A stretch of DNA of 64,000 bases from an uncultured Acidobacteriota bacterium (GCA_963700145.1 OY969474.1:1376001-1440000); one strand, 5' to 3'; numbered from the stretch's first letter, positions 22,334-33,369 are shown. Numbers and translations: made by a program. Notes: a model not told the origin generated them from the letters alone.

Positions 22334-23367
22334 CCCGCCCCGACCTCCTGCGACCCGAGCATCCGCCGCTCCTCGTCGTGCAGCTCGATCATCTTCTCGG
22401 CGATCTTCTTGTGCACCTCGTGGCTGGCGAACTCGACGGCGCGGCGGATGGCGTTGTGGATCGCCACCGCGTTCGAGCGGCCGTGGCCGATGAAGCAGCC
22501 GCCGTCCACCCCCAGGAGCGGCGCGGCGCCGAAGCCGCTGTAGTGGGTGCGGGCGCGGAAGCGCTCGAAGGCCGGCTTGGCGAGGAGGTAGCCGAGCTTG
22601 GTGCGGGCGGAGCGCCCCAGCTCCTCGCGCAGCATCGCGCCGACCATCTCGGCCAGCTGCTCGGCGCTCTTGAGCACCACGTTGCCGACGAAGCCGTCGC
22701 AGACGATGACGTCCACCGAGCCGTTGAAGACGTCGCCCCCCTCGACGTTGCCGAGGAAGTTGAGGCCGGTCGTCTTGAGCACCTTGAAGACCTCGCGCGT
22801 CAGGTCGGTCCCCTTCGACTCCTCCTCGCCGATCGACAGGAGCCCCACGCGCGGCGACGGGGTGCCGATCACCTCCTGGGCGAAGAAGTGGCCCATGACC
22901 GCGAACTCGCGCAGGTGGGCGGGCTTGACGTCGACGTTGGCGCCGACGTCGAGGAGCACGACGCGCCCCTTGGGACCGGGGAGGACGGCGGCGAGGGCTG
23001 GCCGGTCCACGCCCTTGATCGTGCCGATCACCATCTTGGCGGCGATCATCGCCGCGCCGGTGTTGCCGGCGGTCACCACCGCCGCCGCCCGCCCCTCGCG
23101 CACCAGCTCGGAGCAGATGCGGATCGAGGAGCGGCGCTTCTTGCGGATCGGGGTGATCGCGGGCTCGTCCATGCCGACGACCTCGTCGGCTTGGACGAGC
23201 TCGAGGCGGCCGCCGTGGTCGCCGAGCTTGCGCACCAGCGGCGCGACCTGCGCGGTGTCGCCGACCAGGAGGACGGCGGTGCCGTCCTCGACGGCGGCGC
23301 GGAAGGCCCCCTCGACCGCCGAGCGCGGCGCGAAGTCACCACCCATCGCATCGACGGCAATATGCAC
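22330..23367 (-). CDS. plsX: Phosphate acyltransferase
   Basis: [18 protein letters not shown] and [11 protein letters not shown]. Confidence 0.97.
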   Translation of the reverse strand: MHIAVDAMGGDFAPRSAVEGAFRAAVEDGTAVLLVGDTAQVAPLVRKLGDHGGRLELVQADEVVGMDEPAITPIRKKRRSSIRICSELVREGRAAAVVTAGNTGAAMIAAKMVIGTIKGVDRPALAAVLPGPKGRVVLLDVGANVDVKPAHLREFAVMGHFFAQEVIGTPSPRVGLLSIGEEESKGTDLTREVFKVLKTTGLNFLGNVEGGDVFNGSVDVIVCDGFVGNVVLKSAEQLAEMVGAMLREELGRSARTKLGYLLAKPAFERFRARTHYSGFGAAPLLGVDGGCFIGHGRSNAVAIHNAIRRAVEFASHEVHKKIAEKMIELHDEERRMLGSQEVGAG

Positions 23368-23423
23368 GGTCGGCGGCGGATACGGGCTGCCGGCGGCGCA
23401 GCCCGGAGCGTCCTACCCGGTCT

Positions 23424-23609
23424 TTACGTCGTCTCCTTGACGTCCACCACCTGCCGCCCGCGGTAGGTGCCGCAGTGGCTGCAGGCGCGGTGCGGCAGCT
23501 TCGTCTCGCCGCAGTTGGGGCAGACGGAGGTGGCGGGGCGCTCGAGGGCGTCGTGGGCCCGGCGCTTGTCGCGGCGGGCCTTGGAGTGGCGGCGCTTGGG
23601 GTTCGGCAT
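23424..23609 (-). CDS. rpmF: 50S ribosomal protein L32
   Basis: [23 protein letters not shown] and CSHCG. Confidence 0.97.
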   Translation of the reverse strand: MPNPKRRHSKARRDKRRAHDALERPATSVCPNCGETKLPHRACSHCGTYRGRQVVDVKETT

Positions 23610-23656
23610 GGTTCGGGCCTCGTCGGATTAGCGGGCTCAGGCGCCCGGGCTCTGGT

Positions 23657-24193
23657 TCATTCGTCGTCCCCGCTCAGCCGGTCGCGCAACGGCGCGAGCA
23701 CTGCCCAGCGGGTGTCTACCGTCCGCTCTTCGCAGGTGCACGACTCGAGGTTCCGGTCGGCGCCGCACGTCGGGCAGAGCCCCTGGCAGTCCGGCCGGCA
23801 GAGGGGCTTCATCGGGATGTTGAGCTGGAGCTGTTCGACCAGGATGGGCTCGGTCTCCAGGATCTCGTCGTCGAGGTAGAGGGTGCCGAGGTCGCGGTCG
23901 TGCAGCTCGTGCTCGCCGGCGCCGGCCGCCGGGGCCCCGACTTCGAGCAGGAGCTCGACGTCCGGGGTGGACCGCTCGGCGAACGGTTTCAGGCAGCGGT
24001 TGCAGGCGAGCGTCTGTTCGTAGGAAAGCCGGGCGCGCAGCAGGTAGCCGGGATCGACGAAGACGACCTGCCCACGCCACGCGACGGGCCCCAGGGACAG
24101 CAGCTCCGGACGCCCCAGGGGCTCGACCGGCACTTCCTGCGTCTCCTCCCAGTCGAACGGTTCTTCGCGAACCTGATCCAGCCAAATCCGCAT
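23657..24193 (-). CDS. yceD: YceD / DUF177 protein
   Basis: CNRCL, PMKPLCRPDCQGLCPTCG and DTRWAVL; upstream of rpmF. Confidence 0.9.
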   Translation of the reverse strand: MRIWLDQVREEPFDWEETQEVPVEPLGRPELLSLGPVAWRGQVVFVDPGYLLRARLSYEQTLACNRCLKPFAERSTPDVELLLEVGAPAAGAGEHELHDRDLGTLYLDDEILETEPILVEQLQLNIPMKPLCRPDCQGLCPTCGADRNLESCTCEERTVDTRWAVLAPLRDRLSGDDE

Positions 24194-24390
24194 CCGAACC
24201 TCCAACCGGGCCAACGGCGTAGGGTAAGCGGTTGATTCCGTTGTGTCAAATTGGAGCTTCCTCCGCCACCCACCCTCTTGCTGCGGCCGTTCCGGTGTGG
24301 GGTCCCGCAGGTCTCCTCCGCGCCCGGCGCTCCAGAGATCCTGCGGGCCCTAGCACCGACAGTGGAGTCCCTGCTCAGATGGTGGCCCAG

Positions 24391-24425
24391 GTCATCCTGA
24401 GCGTAGCGAAGGATCTGGGTGGGGG
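24391..24425 (+). repeat. Second REP-like family (GTCATCCTGAGCGTAGCGAAGGATCTGGG), copy A
   Basis: Identical 29-mer at 46112-46140; related inverted copy at 46041-46077. Confidence 0.75.
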
Positions 24426-24652
24426 CCGACGTCACTTCAGAGTTCCGAGTCATGGCGCCGCGTGATGTGCCGGGCCAGAGGCCCGCGAAAGCGTCGCGTT
24501 CGGGTGAAGTCACCACCAACGTCCGCGAACGGAGCCGACCTGGCTCTGCGGCCACTACCCGCCCTGACCGGGAACCGCGAAGCGGCGCGACTCTTTCGCG
24601 GGCCGGGTGGCCCGGCATCTCACGCGGCACTATCCGCCCCGCGCGGGATGCA

Positions 24653-25930
24653 TTATTTGCAGCCAGCCAACCGAAGCCTAAAAGTCCCCGGCCATTCGGT
24701 GGAAACGAGAGAAAGTTCTTCACACCCCGCGAAGGGTTCCAGCACCGTCTCCCAGTCGCGCCAGCGTTGGACTTCGCTGCCGCGGACGAGCGGCAACTCT
24801 TCGAGGGTGTCGCGGACCTGCTGGACGAGGCGGTAGGCGCCGCGGGGCTCGGCCCAGACTCCGGTGACCAGGCGCGGCCCCCCGCCCGCCCCGCGCGGGT
24901 CGATCGCCGCCGCCAGGTGCGGCGCCAGCTGCTCGGCGCGGCGGAGCGTTTCGCGGTCCATCGCCACGATGCGCCAGCCCGCCACCTCGCCCGACGGCAG
25001 GCCACCGCGCAACGCCGCGCCGAGGCGGCCGCCCGGAAGCCTCCACCCCTCCTGGCCGGGGGCCTGGAAGAGCGCGATGCCGGGGAGGCGGAAGCGCGCC
25101 ACCGATCTGCCTTCGTAGAGCGCGATCGCCGCCGGCGCGCGGCGGTCCTCGCCGGCCGCGCTCTCCGTGGCGGCGAGGAGCAGCGGCCGGTCGCCGCGCG
25201 GCAGGCGGGCGATCCCGGGGTCGAGTACCGGCGGGGCGGCGCCGGCGAGGCGCAGCACCAGGTCGCCCTGCTCGCGCTGCAGCAGGTAGCGGCCCGGCGG
25301 GAAGCGCGAGATCCCCTCCTCCAGGCGCAGCGCCGCGAGCGCCTTCTCCCCTCCCGCCGCTGCCGCCGGCGCGCGCGCCGGCACCGGCACCGGCGCCCCG
25401 CCGCGCACCGTCCAGAGCCCGCCGTCCCAGGCCACCTCCAGCACCCGCTCCCCCTCCTCCACCCGCCCGCCGGCGAGCCAGGGGTTGCCCGCCAGCCGCC
25501 CCGCGGTGCGCGCCACCAGCCCGAGGAGCGGGTAGACCCGCGCCGCCACCACCAGCCGCCCGCCGTCGAGGTCCGAGCAGGCGGTCAGCTCGCGCGACGG
25601 CGGCAGGGCGAAGGGGCCGAAGGCGGGCAGCGCCGGCGGCGGCAGGCCGGCGACTCTCGACGCCGCCGCCAGCCAGGCCGGCCAGTCCCCCACCGCGCGC
25701 TGCAGCGCGCCGGCGTTCTGGTGCGGGTACGGCAGCCAGAGGCAGACGTCGGCGGCCCCGGCGGCGAGGAGGCGCCCCGGGAGGTCGTCGGGGTCGGGCG
25801 CGGCGGAGCGCTCGCGCGGCAGGTACCAGAAGGCGTAGTGCGCCGCGAGGAGCGCCAGGACGAGCAGCGCCGCGCCGGCCTTGGCGAAACGGCCGCAACC
25901 GAGCCGGTTTCCCTTTTGCGAGTTCCGCAT
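24653..25930 (-). CDS. Hypothetical membrane-anchored protein
   Basis: N-terminal TM helix (AALLVLALLAAHYAFWYLP); coding-like composition; no recognised family. Confidence 0.65.
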   Translation of the reverse strand: MRNSQKGNRLGCGRFAKAGAALLVLALLAAHYAFWYLPRERSAAPDPDDLPGRLLAAGAADVCLWLPYPHQNAGALQRAVGDWPAWLAAASRVAGLPPPALPAFGPFALPPSRELTACSDLDGGRLVVAARVYPLLGLVARTAGRLAGNPWLAGGRVEEGERVLEVAWDGGLWTVRGGAPVPVPARAPAAAAGGEKALAALRLEEGISRFPPGRYLLQREQGDLVLRLAGAAPPVLDPGIARLPRGDRPLLLAATESAAGEDRRAPAAIALYEGRSVARFRLPGIALFQAPGQEGWRLPGGRLGAALRGGLPSGEVAGWRIVAMDRETLRRAEQLAPHLAAAIDPRGAGGGPRLVTGVWAEPRGAYRLVQQVRDTLEELPLVRGSEVQRWRDWETVLEPFAGCEELSLVSTEWPGTFRLRLAGCK

Positions 25931-26077
25931 TTCGTCGATGTCAGAACTTGCCGGAATGTGATTTGACTCGGCGGCCCGCGCGCGGCATCCTGGGGACAAT
26001 ATCCAATCAGACGGTCCGTCTCTCCGCGGCAGCGCGCGGCGGAGTGTCGGCCGCCGCTTCTCTCCCGGAGGTCGCGC

Positions 26078-28975
26078 ATGCGACGCCTCGTCAGCCCCGC
26101 TCTTCTCATTGTCACCCTCGCGCTTCTCTTCTCGCCCGCGGCCCCGGCCGCCGGTCCGTTGCACCACAACGCCGACGGCACGATCAGCGACCTCGGCACC
26201 GGCCTCACCTGGGTCCGCGACCGCAACTTCGCGGTCAGCTCCGGCTTCGCGCGCGCCGCCGTCCTGCCGCGCGCCCAGGCGGTGCAGCTGATCGCCGCGA
26301 TGAACGCCGGCGCGGTCGAGAACTTCGGCCGCAGCGACTGGCGCCTGCCCACCCGGCGCGAGCTGCTGCGCATCTCGGCGCTCCTCGGCGGCTCGCCGCT
26401 GCGCCCGCAGCGCGGCGGGCGCTTCGGCCTGCCCAACCTCGCGGGCGACGCGGTCTACGCCTGGCCGGTCGTCGGCGCCTCCGTCCTCGCCGGCTTCGAC
26501 GAGGTGGCGGTGCTCGCCACCAACAGCATCGACATCGGCCGCGCCTCGTCGGTGCAAGGCGGCGTCGCGGTCAACGACGCCAGCCCCGGCCCGACGCTGC
26601 GCCCCGGCTTCGAGCTGGGCGTCGGACGCGGCACGACCATCGCCGGCGACATCGCGGCGGACTCGATCGTCCTCGACCGCGGCGCCGCGGTGGGCGCGGT
26701 CTCCTACAACACGCTGAGCAACGACAACGCCTCGACCGGCCCGCTCGACACCCCGCTGCCGCTGCCGGTCTTCACGCTGCTGCCGCAGTTCCAGACCGCG
26801 GCGCTGCGGCCGGAGTCGGTGGACGTCTTCGTGGCCACGGGCCAGACCGTGAACCTCCCGGCCGGCGACTACGACGACATCGAGATCGCCTCCGGCGGCA
26901 CGCTGGCGCTGGCCGGCGGCGCCTACAACGTCCGCTCGCTCGTCTTCTCGGGCGGCCAGGGCAGCTGCGGGCAGCCCTGCCGTGTCGTCACCTTCGCCGA
27001 CAACCTCGACCTGCGCATCGCCGAGCGGCTCGACCTCGGCTCGTTCGGGAGCTTCGGCCCGGCCGACGGCTCGGGCCTGACCGCCTCGCAGGCCATCGTC
27101 TACGTCGGCGGCGTGGACGGCCCGGACGGCCTGCCGCGGGCGGTCTCGTTCGGCCGCGGCAGCACCCTCGACGCCAACGTCTATGCGCCGAACGGCACCA
27201 TCGTGCTCGAGCAGGACGCGACCGCCAACGGCACCCTGATCGGGCGCGACGTGCGGCTCGACCGCAACGTCGCGGTGACGCTCGCGAGCTTCTTCGCCAA
27301 CCGCGCGCCGGTCGCCGACCCCAAGGACGTAGCCACCAGCGGCGCCACGCCGCTGGTCATCACCCTCAGCGGCTACGACCTCGACGGCGACGACATCGAC
27401 TTCGCCATCCTCACCGGGCCGACCCAGGGGACGCTCGGGGCGATCACCCAGGACCCGCCGCCGACCCCGACGCCGCGTCCGGCGACGTCTGGGCTGCGGG
27501 CGTTGACCGCGGCGGTCACCTCGACCGAGACGGCCAGCGTCACCTACACGCCGGCGACCGCCGGCAACGTGGCGGACAGCTTCACCTACAAGGTGACCGA
27601 TCCCCATGGCGCCATCGGTGTCGCGACCGTGCGCATCAACCCGGCGGATACGCCGGAGGTGCCGGACGTGCCGCCGACCACGGTCATCGCCTTCGACGGC
27701 GTCGAGCAGACGACGACCGACCACGCGGTGACCATGACCCTCGACGGCGACGCGCCGGCGGGGGTGTCGCTCGCCTTCGCGATCGTCGCCGGCAGCGGCC
27801 CCGCCAACGGCACGCTCGGCCCGGTCGTCGCCGGCAGCGAGAGCCCGCAGCGGACCGCCAGCGTCGTCTACACCCCGGACACCGGCTTCAACGGCACGAA
27901 CGGCTTCGACTTCACGGCCTGCGGCACGATCTCGAGCACGCTGGTCTGCGACACCGGGCACGTCACGATCACCGTCGCCCCGGCCGTCGTCGAGCCGACC
28001 GACCTGGCGCCGGACAAGACGGCGGAGACGTCCGAGGACCGGCCGCTCGAGATCACGCTCGGCAGCCTGTCGTCAGCGAGCGGCGAATTCAGCGCCGCGA
28101 CGGCGCCCAGCCGCAGGTTCGTCGTCCAGCCGGCCGCCTTCCTCGACAGCGCCGAGATCGCCGGCAACGTCGCCGACGCCAACAACGACGGCTTCGGCGA
28201 CGAGCACGCCGCGCTGCCCGGCTCGGCGCCGATCTTCTCGAGCGCCAGCGTCGGCTTCACCGGCGGCGGGCCCGGCACCAACGGCAAGGCCCGCTTCCAC
28301 ATCGAGTGGGACATCTCGACACTGGGCACCGGAAACCTCGAGAGCGCCACGGTGGTGCTCAACACCCACCGCGGCACGATCGACTCGCTCGACACCGTCT
28401 TCTTCGCCGGCGCCGGCGGCAACTCGGCGCTCGACGACAGCGACTTCGAGTCGAGCCTGGAGGCGGTCGGCGCCACCATGCCGGTGCCGCCGCTGTCGTC
28501 GATGCCGGTCGGCAGCGACGGGACCTTCAGCTTCGACGTCCGGGCGGAGCTGCAGTCGGCGAAGGCCGCCGGCGCGACCCACTTCATCGTCCAGGGGCGG
28601 GTCGACGAGAGCCTCGCGGGGCCGGCGCGCGGCCTCGAGATCCGCACCTCGGCGGCCGGCAACGTCGCGGACTTCCTGCAGCCGCATCTGTCGCTCACCA
28701 CGCCGGGGGTCGTCGCGCCGACGATCTACCGCATCACGTCGCTGCCGGCGAACGGGATCTTGAAGGACTCGCTCGGCGCGACGATCACCAGCGTGCCGGC
28801 GACCCTGCCGAGCTCGCGGGTGAGCTACACGCCGAACACCGGCTTCGTCGGCACCAACAGCTTCGGCTACGAGGCGGAGCTGGGCGCGACGATCCACAGC
28901 GGGTTGGTGTCGATCCTGGTACGGGCCGGCGACTGCGCGACCGACCCGACGCACTGCGACGACGGGCGGCCGTAG
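26078..28975 (+). CDS. Large secreted/surface protein: DUF1566 (Lcl)-like domain, beta-solenoid region and Ig-like (Big_9) repeats
   Basis: Signal peptide; DGTISDLGTGLTW and DWRLPTRREL; NVYAPNGTIVL; repeated YTP..(F/V)..DSF(T/D)(Y/F) Ig signatures. Confidence 0.8.
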   Translation: MRRLVSPALLIVTLALLFSPAAPAAGPLHHNADGTISDLGTGLTWVRDRNFAVSSGFARAAVLPRAQAVQLIAAMNAGAVENFGRSDWRLPTRRELLRISALLGGSPLRPQRGGRFGLPNLAGDAVYAWPVVGASVLAGFDEVAVLATNSIDIGRASSVQGGVAVNDASPGPTLRPGFELGVGRGTTIAGDIAADSIVLDRGAAVGAVSYNTLSNDNASTGPLDTPLPLPVFTLLPQFQTAALRPESVDVFVATGQTVNLPAGDYDDIEIASGGTLALAGGAYNVRSLVFSGGQGSCGQPCRVVTFADNLDLRIAERLDLGSFGSFGPADGSGLTASQAIVYVGGVDGPDGLPRAVSFGRGSTLDANVYAPNGTIVLEQDATANGTLIGRDVRLDRNVAVTLASFFANRAPVADPKDVATSGATPLVITLSGYDLDGDDIDFAILTGPTQGTLGAITQDPPPTPTPRPATSGLRALTAAVTSTETASVTYTPATAGNVADSFTYKVTDPHGAIGVATVRINPADTPEVPDVPPTTVIAFDGVEQTTTDHAVTMTLDGDAPAGVSLAFAIVAGSGPANGTLGPVVAGSESPQRTASVVYTPDTGFNGTNGFDFTACGTISSTLVCDTGHVTITVAPAVVEPTDLAPDKTAETSEDRPLEITLGSLSSASGEFSAATAPSRRFVVQPAAFLDSAEIAGNVADANNDGFGDEHAALPGSAPIFSSASVGFTGGGPGTNGKARFHIEWDISTLGTGNLESATVVLNTHRGTIDSLDTVFFAGAGGNSALDDSDFESSLEAVGATMPVPPLSSMPVGSDGTFSFDVRAELQSAKAAGATHFIVQGRVDESLAGPARGLEIRTSAAGNVADFLQPHLSLTTPGVVAPTIYRITSLPANGILKDSLGATITSVPATLPSSRVSYTPNTGFVGTNSFGYEAELGATIHSGLVSILVRAGDCATDPTHCDDGRP

Positions 28976-28996
28976 CGGCGCTACGATCGATGTCGT

Positions 28997-29028
28997 AACG
29001 GCGGGCCTCCGGGCCCGCCGTTTTCTTT
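28997..29028. terminator. Intrinsic terminator between convergent genes (REP-like architecture)
   Basis: Perfect 11-bp stem AACGGCGGGCC-TCCG-GGCCCGCCGTT followed by TTCTTT. Confidence 0.8.
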
Positions 29029-29029
29029 G

Positions 29030-31178
29030 CTAACCGAGCCGCGCCAGCACGGCCTCGAAGCGCGGGGTGCCGCGCAGGGAGACGAGGTCGTGGTCGTGCA
29101 CGATCCAGTCCCTGAGGCCGAAGAGCGGCCCCACCGCCTGCTCGAGGCAATCGAGCGCGCGCTCCGGCAGGCCGGCGAGGGCGTAGACGCAGGCCAGGTT
29201 GTAGAGCACCGCCGGCTCGTCGGCGTCGATCGAGAGCGCCCGCTCGGCGAGCGCCAGGCCCTCCTCGCGCGAGCCCAGGCGCACCAGCGCCCCGCCGGCC
29301 AGGTAGCAGGCGCGGGAGTCGTCGGGATGGAGCTCGAGGTAGCGCTGGGCCAGGGCCACGCCGCGGCGGGTCGCCGCCTCGGCCTCGTCCGGCCGCCCGA
29401 GGGCGTCGAGGACCGAGGTGACCAGGAGAGGCGACTGGTAGTCCTCGGGGCGCGCCGCCTCCGCCCGCGCGAAGAGGTCCGCCGACTCCTCGAGCCGCCC
29501 CTGCGCGAAGCAGGCGCGGGCGAAGAAGTAGAGCGCTTCGAACAGCCCAGGCTGCAGCCGCAGGGCGGTCTGGAACTCCTCCTCGGCCTCGGCGAAGCGG
29601 CGGGCGAGCACCAGCGACTGGCCGCGCGAGGCGTGGGTCTCGGCGAGGTCGGGCGCCAGCTCGACGGCGCGCCAGCTGGCCTCCTCGCCGCGCCGGATCT
29701 CCTCGGGGTCGTTGCCCCACCAGGGGGCGAGCCAGGACGAGCAGTCGGCGAGCCCGGCCCATGCCAGGGCGTAGCCGGGGTCGAGCGCCAGCGCGCGCTC
29801 GAACATCTGGCGCGCGAACTCCATCCCCTTGCGCCGCGCCTGGTAGAAGAACTGCCGCCCGCGCAGGTAGTAGTCGTAGGCCTCGACGTTGCGCGTCGCG
29901 GCCTGGCGCTGCCCGCGCCTCGCTGAGCACGCCGCGCAAGGCGAGCGCCACCTTCTGCGCGATCTCGTCCTGGATCTCGAAGACGTCCGCCAGCCCGCGG
30001 TCGTAGCGCTCGGACCAGAGGTGGTAGCCGCCGTCCACCTCGACGAGCTGCACGGTGACGCGCAAGCGGTCGCCGGCCTTGCGCACGCTGCCTTCGAGGA
30101 CGTGAGTGACGCCGAGCCGCTGGCCGATCGCGCGCACGTCGAGAGCGACATTGCGGAACTGGAACGACGAGGTGCGCGCGGCGACGCGCAGGCCGGCGAC
30201 GCAGCAGAGGGCGTTGAGGATCTCCTCGGCGACGCCGTCGCAGAAGTACTCCTGGTCGCGCCCGGGGGAGAGGTCGCTGAACGGCAGGATGGCGATCGAC
30301 GCCGTTTCCGCGGCAGCCGGCGCGGCGGCGTGCGGCGACGCGGCCAAGGCCTCGAGGTCGAAGGCGAGGTCGGCCGCCGACTGGTAGCGGTCCTCGGGGC
30401 GCTTCGCCAGGCAGCGCCGCACCAGCCGCGCGACCTCAGGCGGCAGGCCGAGCGGCGTCGCGGCGAGATCCGCCGGCTCCTCGCGCAGGACGGCGGCGAG
30501 GGTGTCGGCCGCGGTCTCGCGCTGGAAGGCGCTCTCGCCGGCCAGCAGCTCGTAGACCACGGCGCCGAAGGCGAAGATGTCGGAGCGGGCGTCGGCCGGC
30601 AGCCCGCGCGCCTGCTCGGGCGCCATGTAGCCGGCGGTGCCGAGGAGCGTGCCGGCGAGCGTGCCGGCGACGGTGGGCGCGGTGGCGGCCGTCTCGGGCG
30701 CGCTCACCTTGGCGAGCCCGAAGTCGAGGATCTTGAGGTGCCCGTCGCGGGTCAGGAAGAGGTTCTCGGGCTTGAGGTCGCGGTGCACGACGCCGCGCGC
30801 GTGCGCGGCGGCGATGCCGCGGGCGAGCTGCAACGCCCAGCCGAGCGCGGCCGCGGGCGCCGGCCGGCCGGCGCGCAGCCGGTCGCGCAGCGTCTCGCCT
30901 TCGAGCAGCTCGCAGACCAGGAACGGCGCGCCCTCGTGGCTGCCGAGGTCGTGGACGGCGAGGATGTTGGGGTGGTTGAGCGCCGCCGCGGCGCGCGCCT
31001 CGCGCTCGAACCGCTCCAGCCGCTCGGCGTCCCCCGCCACCTCCGCCGGCAGCACCTTGATCGCCACCTCCCGCCCCAGCCGCCCGTCGCGCGCCCGGTA
31101 GACCTCCCCCATCCCCCCGGCCCCGAGCGGCGCCAGGACCTCGTAGGGACCGAGCCGGCTGCCGGCGGCGAGGCTCAT
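29030..31178 (-). pseudogene. Ser/Thr kinase-TolB_N-TPR protein, frameshifted near 29915 (pseudogene or assembly error)
   Basis: LGAGGMGEVY, HRDLKPEN, DFGLAK and SIAILPF..EYFCDG are in one frame; ATRNVEAYDYYLRG and the TPRs are in another; span is 3n+1. Confidence 0.85.
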
Positions 31179-31220
31179 GGGCGAGAGCCTACTAGCGAAG
31201 CGGCGTCGCCGCCGTGACGC

Positions 31221-31634
31221 TCAGCTCCTCAGGAGCGCCTTGAATCCTGCCTGCTCGAAGTGCCGGTCGTAGGTCAGGGCTTCGGTGATCCCCTGTCGCC
31301 TCATGATGCTGAACGAAGAGCAGTCCGTGTGACTCCAGCTCTGGTCGGCGCGCTCCGCATACAGGCGCAAGGCTTCCTCGAAGTCGGCGCTCGTCTGCGG
31401 GACGACCTCGACCGCAGGGTCGAGGCGCAACCTCTCGACGAGTGCGGCGGCGGCCGCGCGCAGGAGCCGGCCGCGCCGTGCGAAGTCGTTCAGCCACTCG
31501 ACGAGGATCGCTTCACTCGTCACCAGGCGAACAGCCTGCAAGGAAGCAGATACGCGCCGTGCAGGCTCGTGCAGGTCGTCGTGTGGGTTGAGCAGCGCGA
31601 TCCAGTAGGCGGTATCGACGAAGACCGGCCTCAA
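31221..31634 (-). CDS. vapC: VapC-like PIN domain toxin
   Basis: VFVDTAYWIAL, SHTDCSSF and ALTYDRHFEQAGF. Confidence 0.9.
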   Translation of the reverse strand: MRPVFVDTAYWIALLNPHDDLHEPARRVSASLQAVRLVTSEAILVEWLNDFARRGRLLRAAAAALVERLRLDPAVEVVPQTSADFEEALRLYAERADQSWSHTDCSSFSIMRRQGITEALTYDRHFEQAGFKALLRS

Positions 31635-31918
31635 TCCTCGTCCTTCGGCGCGCCGTAGAGGTAATGATCCAGGTTCTTCGAGAGATCGGTCGGCACGCTC
31701 TTCCGGACGTCGTCCGGCACCGCGCCGGCAATCTCGGCGGCGACTTCCCAGATGGGAGGCCGGGGCGCCTCTTCCGGACCGGTCACGCCTGTCGGCGTCG
31801 GCGTGTCGATCAGGATGATGACCTCGGCGTCCGACCCGACCGTCAGGTCCGGATGGCGGACCTCGATCGTCCCTTGCTTTTCCACCCTGAGGTTCTCCTT
31901 GATCGCGCGGACCATCAT
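31631..31918 (-). CDS. Putative antitoxin (VapB-like)
   Basis: Small gene overlapping the PIN toxin by 4 nt; C-terminal PTDLSKNLDHYLYG typical of such antitoxins. Confidence 0.8.
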   Translation of the reverse strand: MMVRAIKENLRVEKQGTIEVRHPDLTVGSDAEVIILIDTPTPTGVTGPEEAPRPPIWEVAAEIAGAVPDDVRKSVPTDLSKNLDHYLYGAPKDED

Positions 31919-31974
31919 GCTCTCCCTGCTGCCGCTATGGCTCGGCAGTCCCGCCTCTGCCTCAGTCTACTCCC

Positions 31975-33369
31975 TCACAATGGGCGGTGCCCCACCCCGA
32001 GACCCATACCCACTACATCGCCCGCGAGCTCGCGCAGCAGGTCGTCGTCCTCTTCGCTCGCGCCGAGGTCGACGGCGTCGGCGGTGGCTTCGGCGATGAG
32101 GTCGGAGAGGACGTCTTCCGGCGGGTAGGGGGCGAGCGGCGGCACGGCGCGCACCGGCTGCGTGCCGGCGGCGAGGATGGACTCGACGGCGGCGGCGTAG
32201 GCGGCGGCGGTTTGCTCGGCGCGGTGGTGGCGCTCGACGTGGCGGCGGCCGGCCTCTCCCATCGCGCGGCGCAGGACGGGGTCGGCGGCGAGGGCGTCGA
32301 GGTAGGCGGCCAGGAGGTCCTCCTCGGTCTCGTCGGGCGGGACCTTGGCGACGGTGCCGTCGGGCAGCTCGGCGAACGAGCCGGCGTCGGTCACGACGAC
32401 CGGCTTGCCCATCCCCAGGAGGCGGATCAGCGTCGCCGAGGTCTCGCCGGCGCTCGGCCAGCGGAGGTTGACCGCCAGGTCGGCCGCCGCCATGAAGCCG
32501 AGGAAGTCGGCCAGCTCCGGCCGGCCGGCAAGGAGGACGCGCGGGCGGAGCGCCTCCGGCACCAGGGCGGGGACGTCGTAGTCCTTCGACACCTCGCCGA
32601 CGACCAGGAAGTACGCCTGCGGGTGGCGCGCGGCGAGGCGCGCGAAGGCGCGGAGCGCCACGTCGAGGCGCTTGGCGCGGGTCATGTAGCCGAAGGCGGC
32701 GATCAGCAGGGCGTCCGGGGGGACGCCGAGGCGGGCGCGGAGGGCGGCGGGGTCGCTCGCGGCGGGCGCGCCGGCGCTCTCACCATCGCCGCCGCTCCAG
32801 GGGAACGGCACGGCGTGGACCTGCGCCCGCGGGCGGCTGGCGAGGACGCGCCGGCGGCTCGCCTCGCTGTGCACCAGGACGCCGAGGCTCGCGTCCACCG
32901 CGCGCTCGAAGAGCGGGTAGCTCCAGACGTCGAAGCCGGTGCCGGTGTCGAGGCTGCGCTTGGCGAGGAGGTAGCCGCTGCGGCCGCTGCCGTAGCGGAC
33001 CTCGTCGAGGTAGGCGGCACGGTCGCCGGCCACCAGCGTCAGCTCGCGCACCATGTGGTGGAGCACCAGCTCGTGGAGGACGACGATCCCCGGCATCGCG
33101 GCGAGCGCGCGGTAGGCGCCGGCGTGGAAGTCGCCGTTGTTGCCGAGCTGGTAGAGGACGGCGTCGCAGACCGCGGCGCGTGCCGGCAGCTCGGCGAGCG
33201 GGTGGACGGGCGGCAGCGTGTCGAGGAGCGCGCGCGGCGGCCGCGGGCCGGGCTCGGCGAAGACCTCGATCTCGAAGTGCTGCGCCAGGTGCGGCAGCAG
33301 CTCGGCGCTGTAGTCGGCGATCCCCGAGGCGAGCGGCGGGAGCGGGGTGACGTAGGCGAGGCGGCGCAC
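31975..33369 (-). CDS. Glycosyltransferase family 4
   Basis: TPLPPLASGIADYS, YQLGNN and NLRWPSAGETS..GKPVVV; GTG at 33369. Confidence 0.88.
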   Translation of the reverse strand: MRRLAYVTPLPPLASGIADYSAELLPHLAQHFEIEVFAEPGPRPPRALLDTLPPVHPLAELPARAAVCDAVLYQLGNNGDFHAGAYRALAAMPGIVVLHELVLHHMVRELTLVAGDRAAYLDEVRYGSGRSGYLLAKRSLDTGTGFDVWSYPLFERAVDASLGVLVHSEASRRRVLASRPRAQVHAVPFPWSGGDGESAGAPAASDPAALRARLGVPPDALLIAAFGYMTRAKRLDVALRAFARLAARHPQAYFLVVGEVSKDYDVPALVPEALRPRVLLAGRPELADFLGFMAAADLAVNLRWPSAGETSATLIRLLGMGKPVVVTDAGSFAELPDGTVAKVPPDETEEDLLAAYLDALAADPVLRRAMGEAGRRHVERHHRAEQTAAAYAAAVESILAAGTQPVRAVPPLAPYPPEDVLSDLIAEATADAVDLGASEEDDDLLRELAGDVVGMGLGVGHRPL

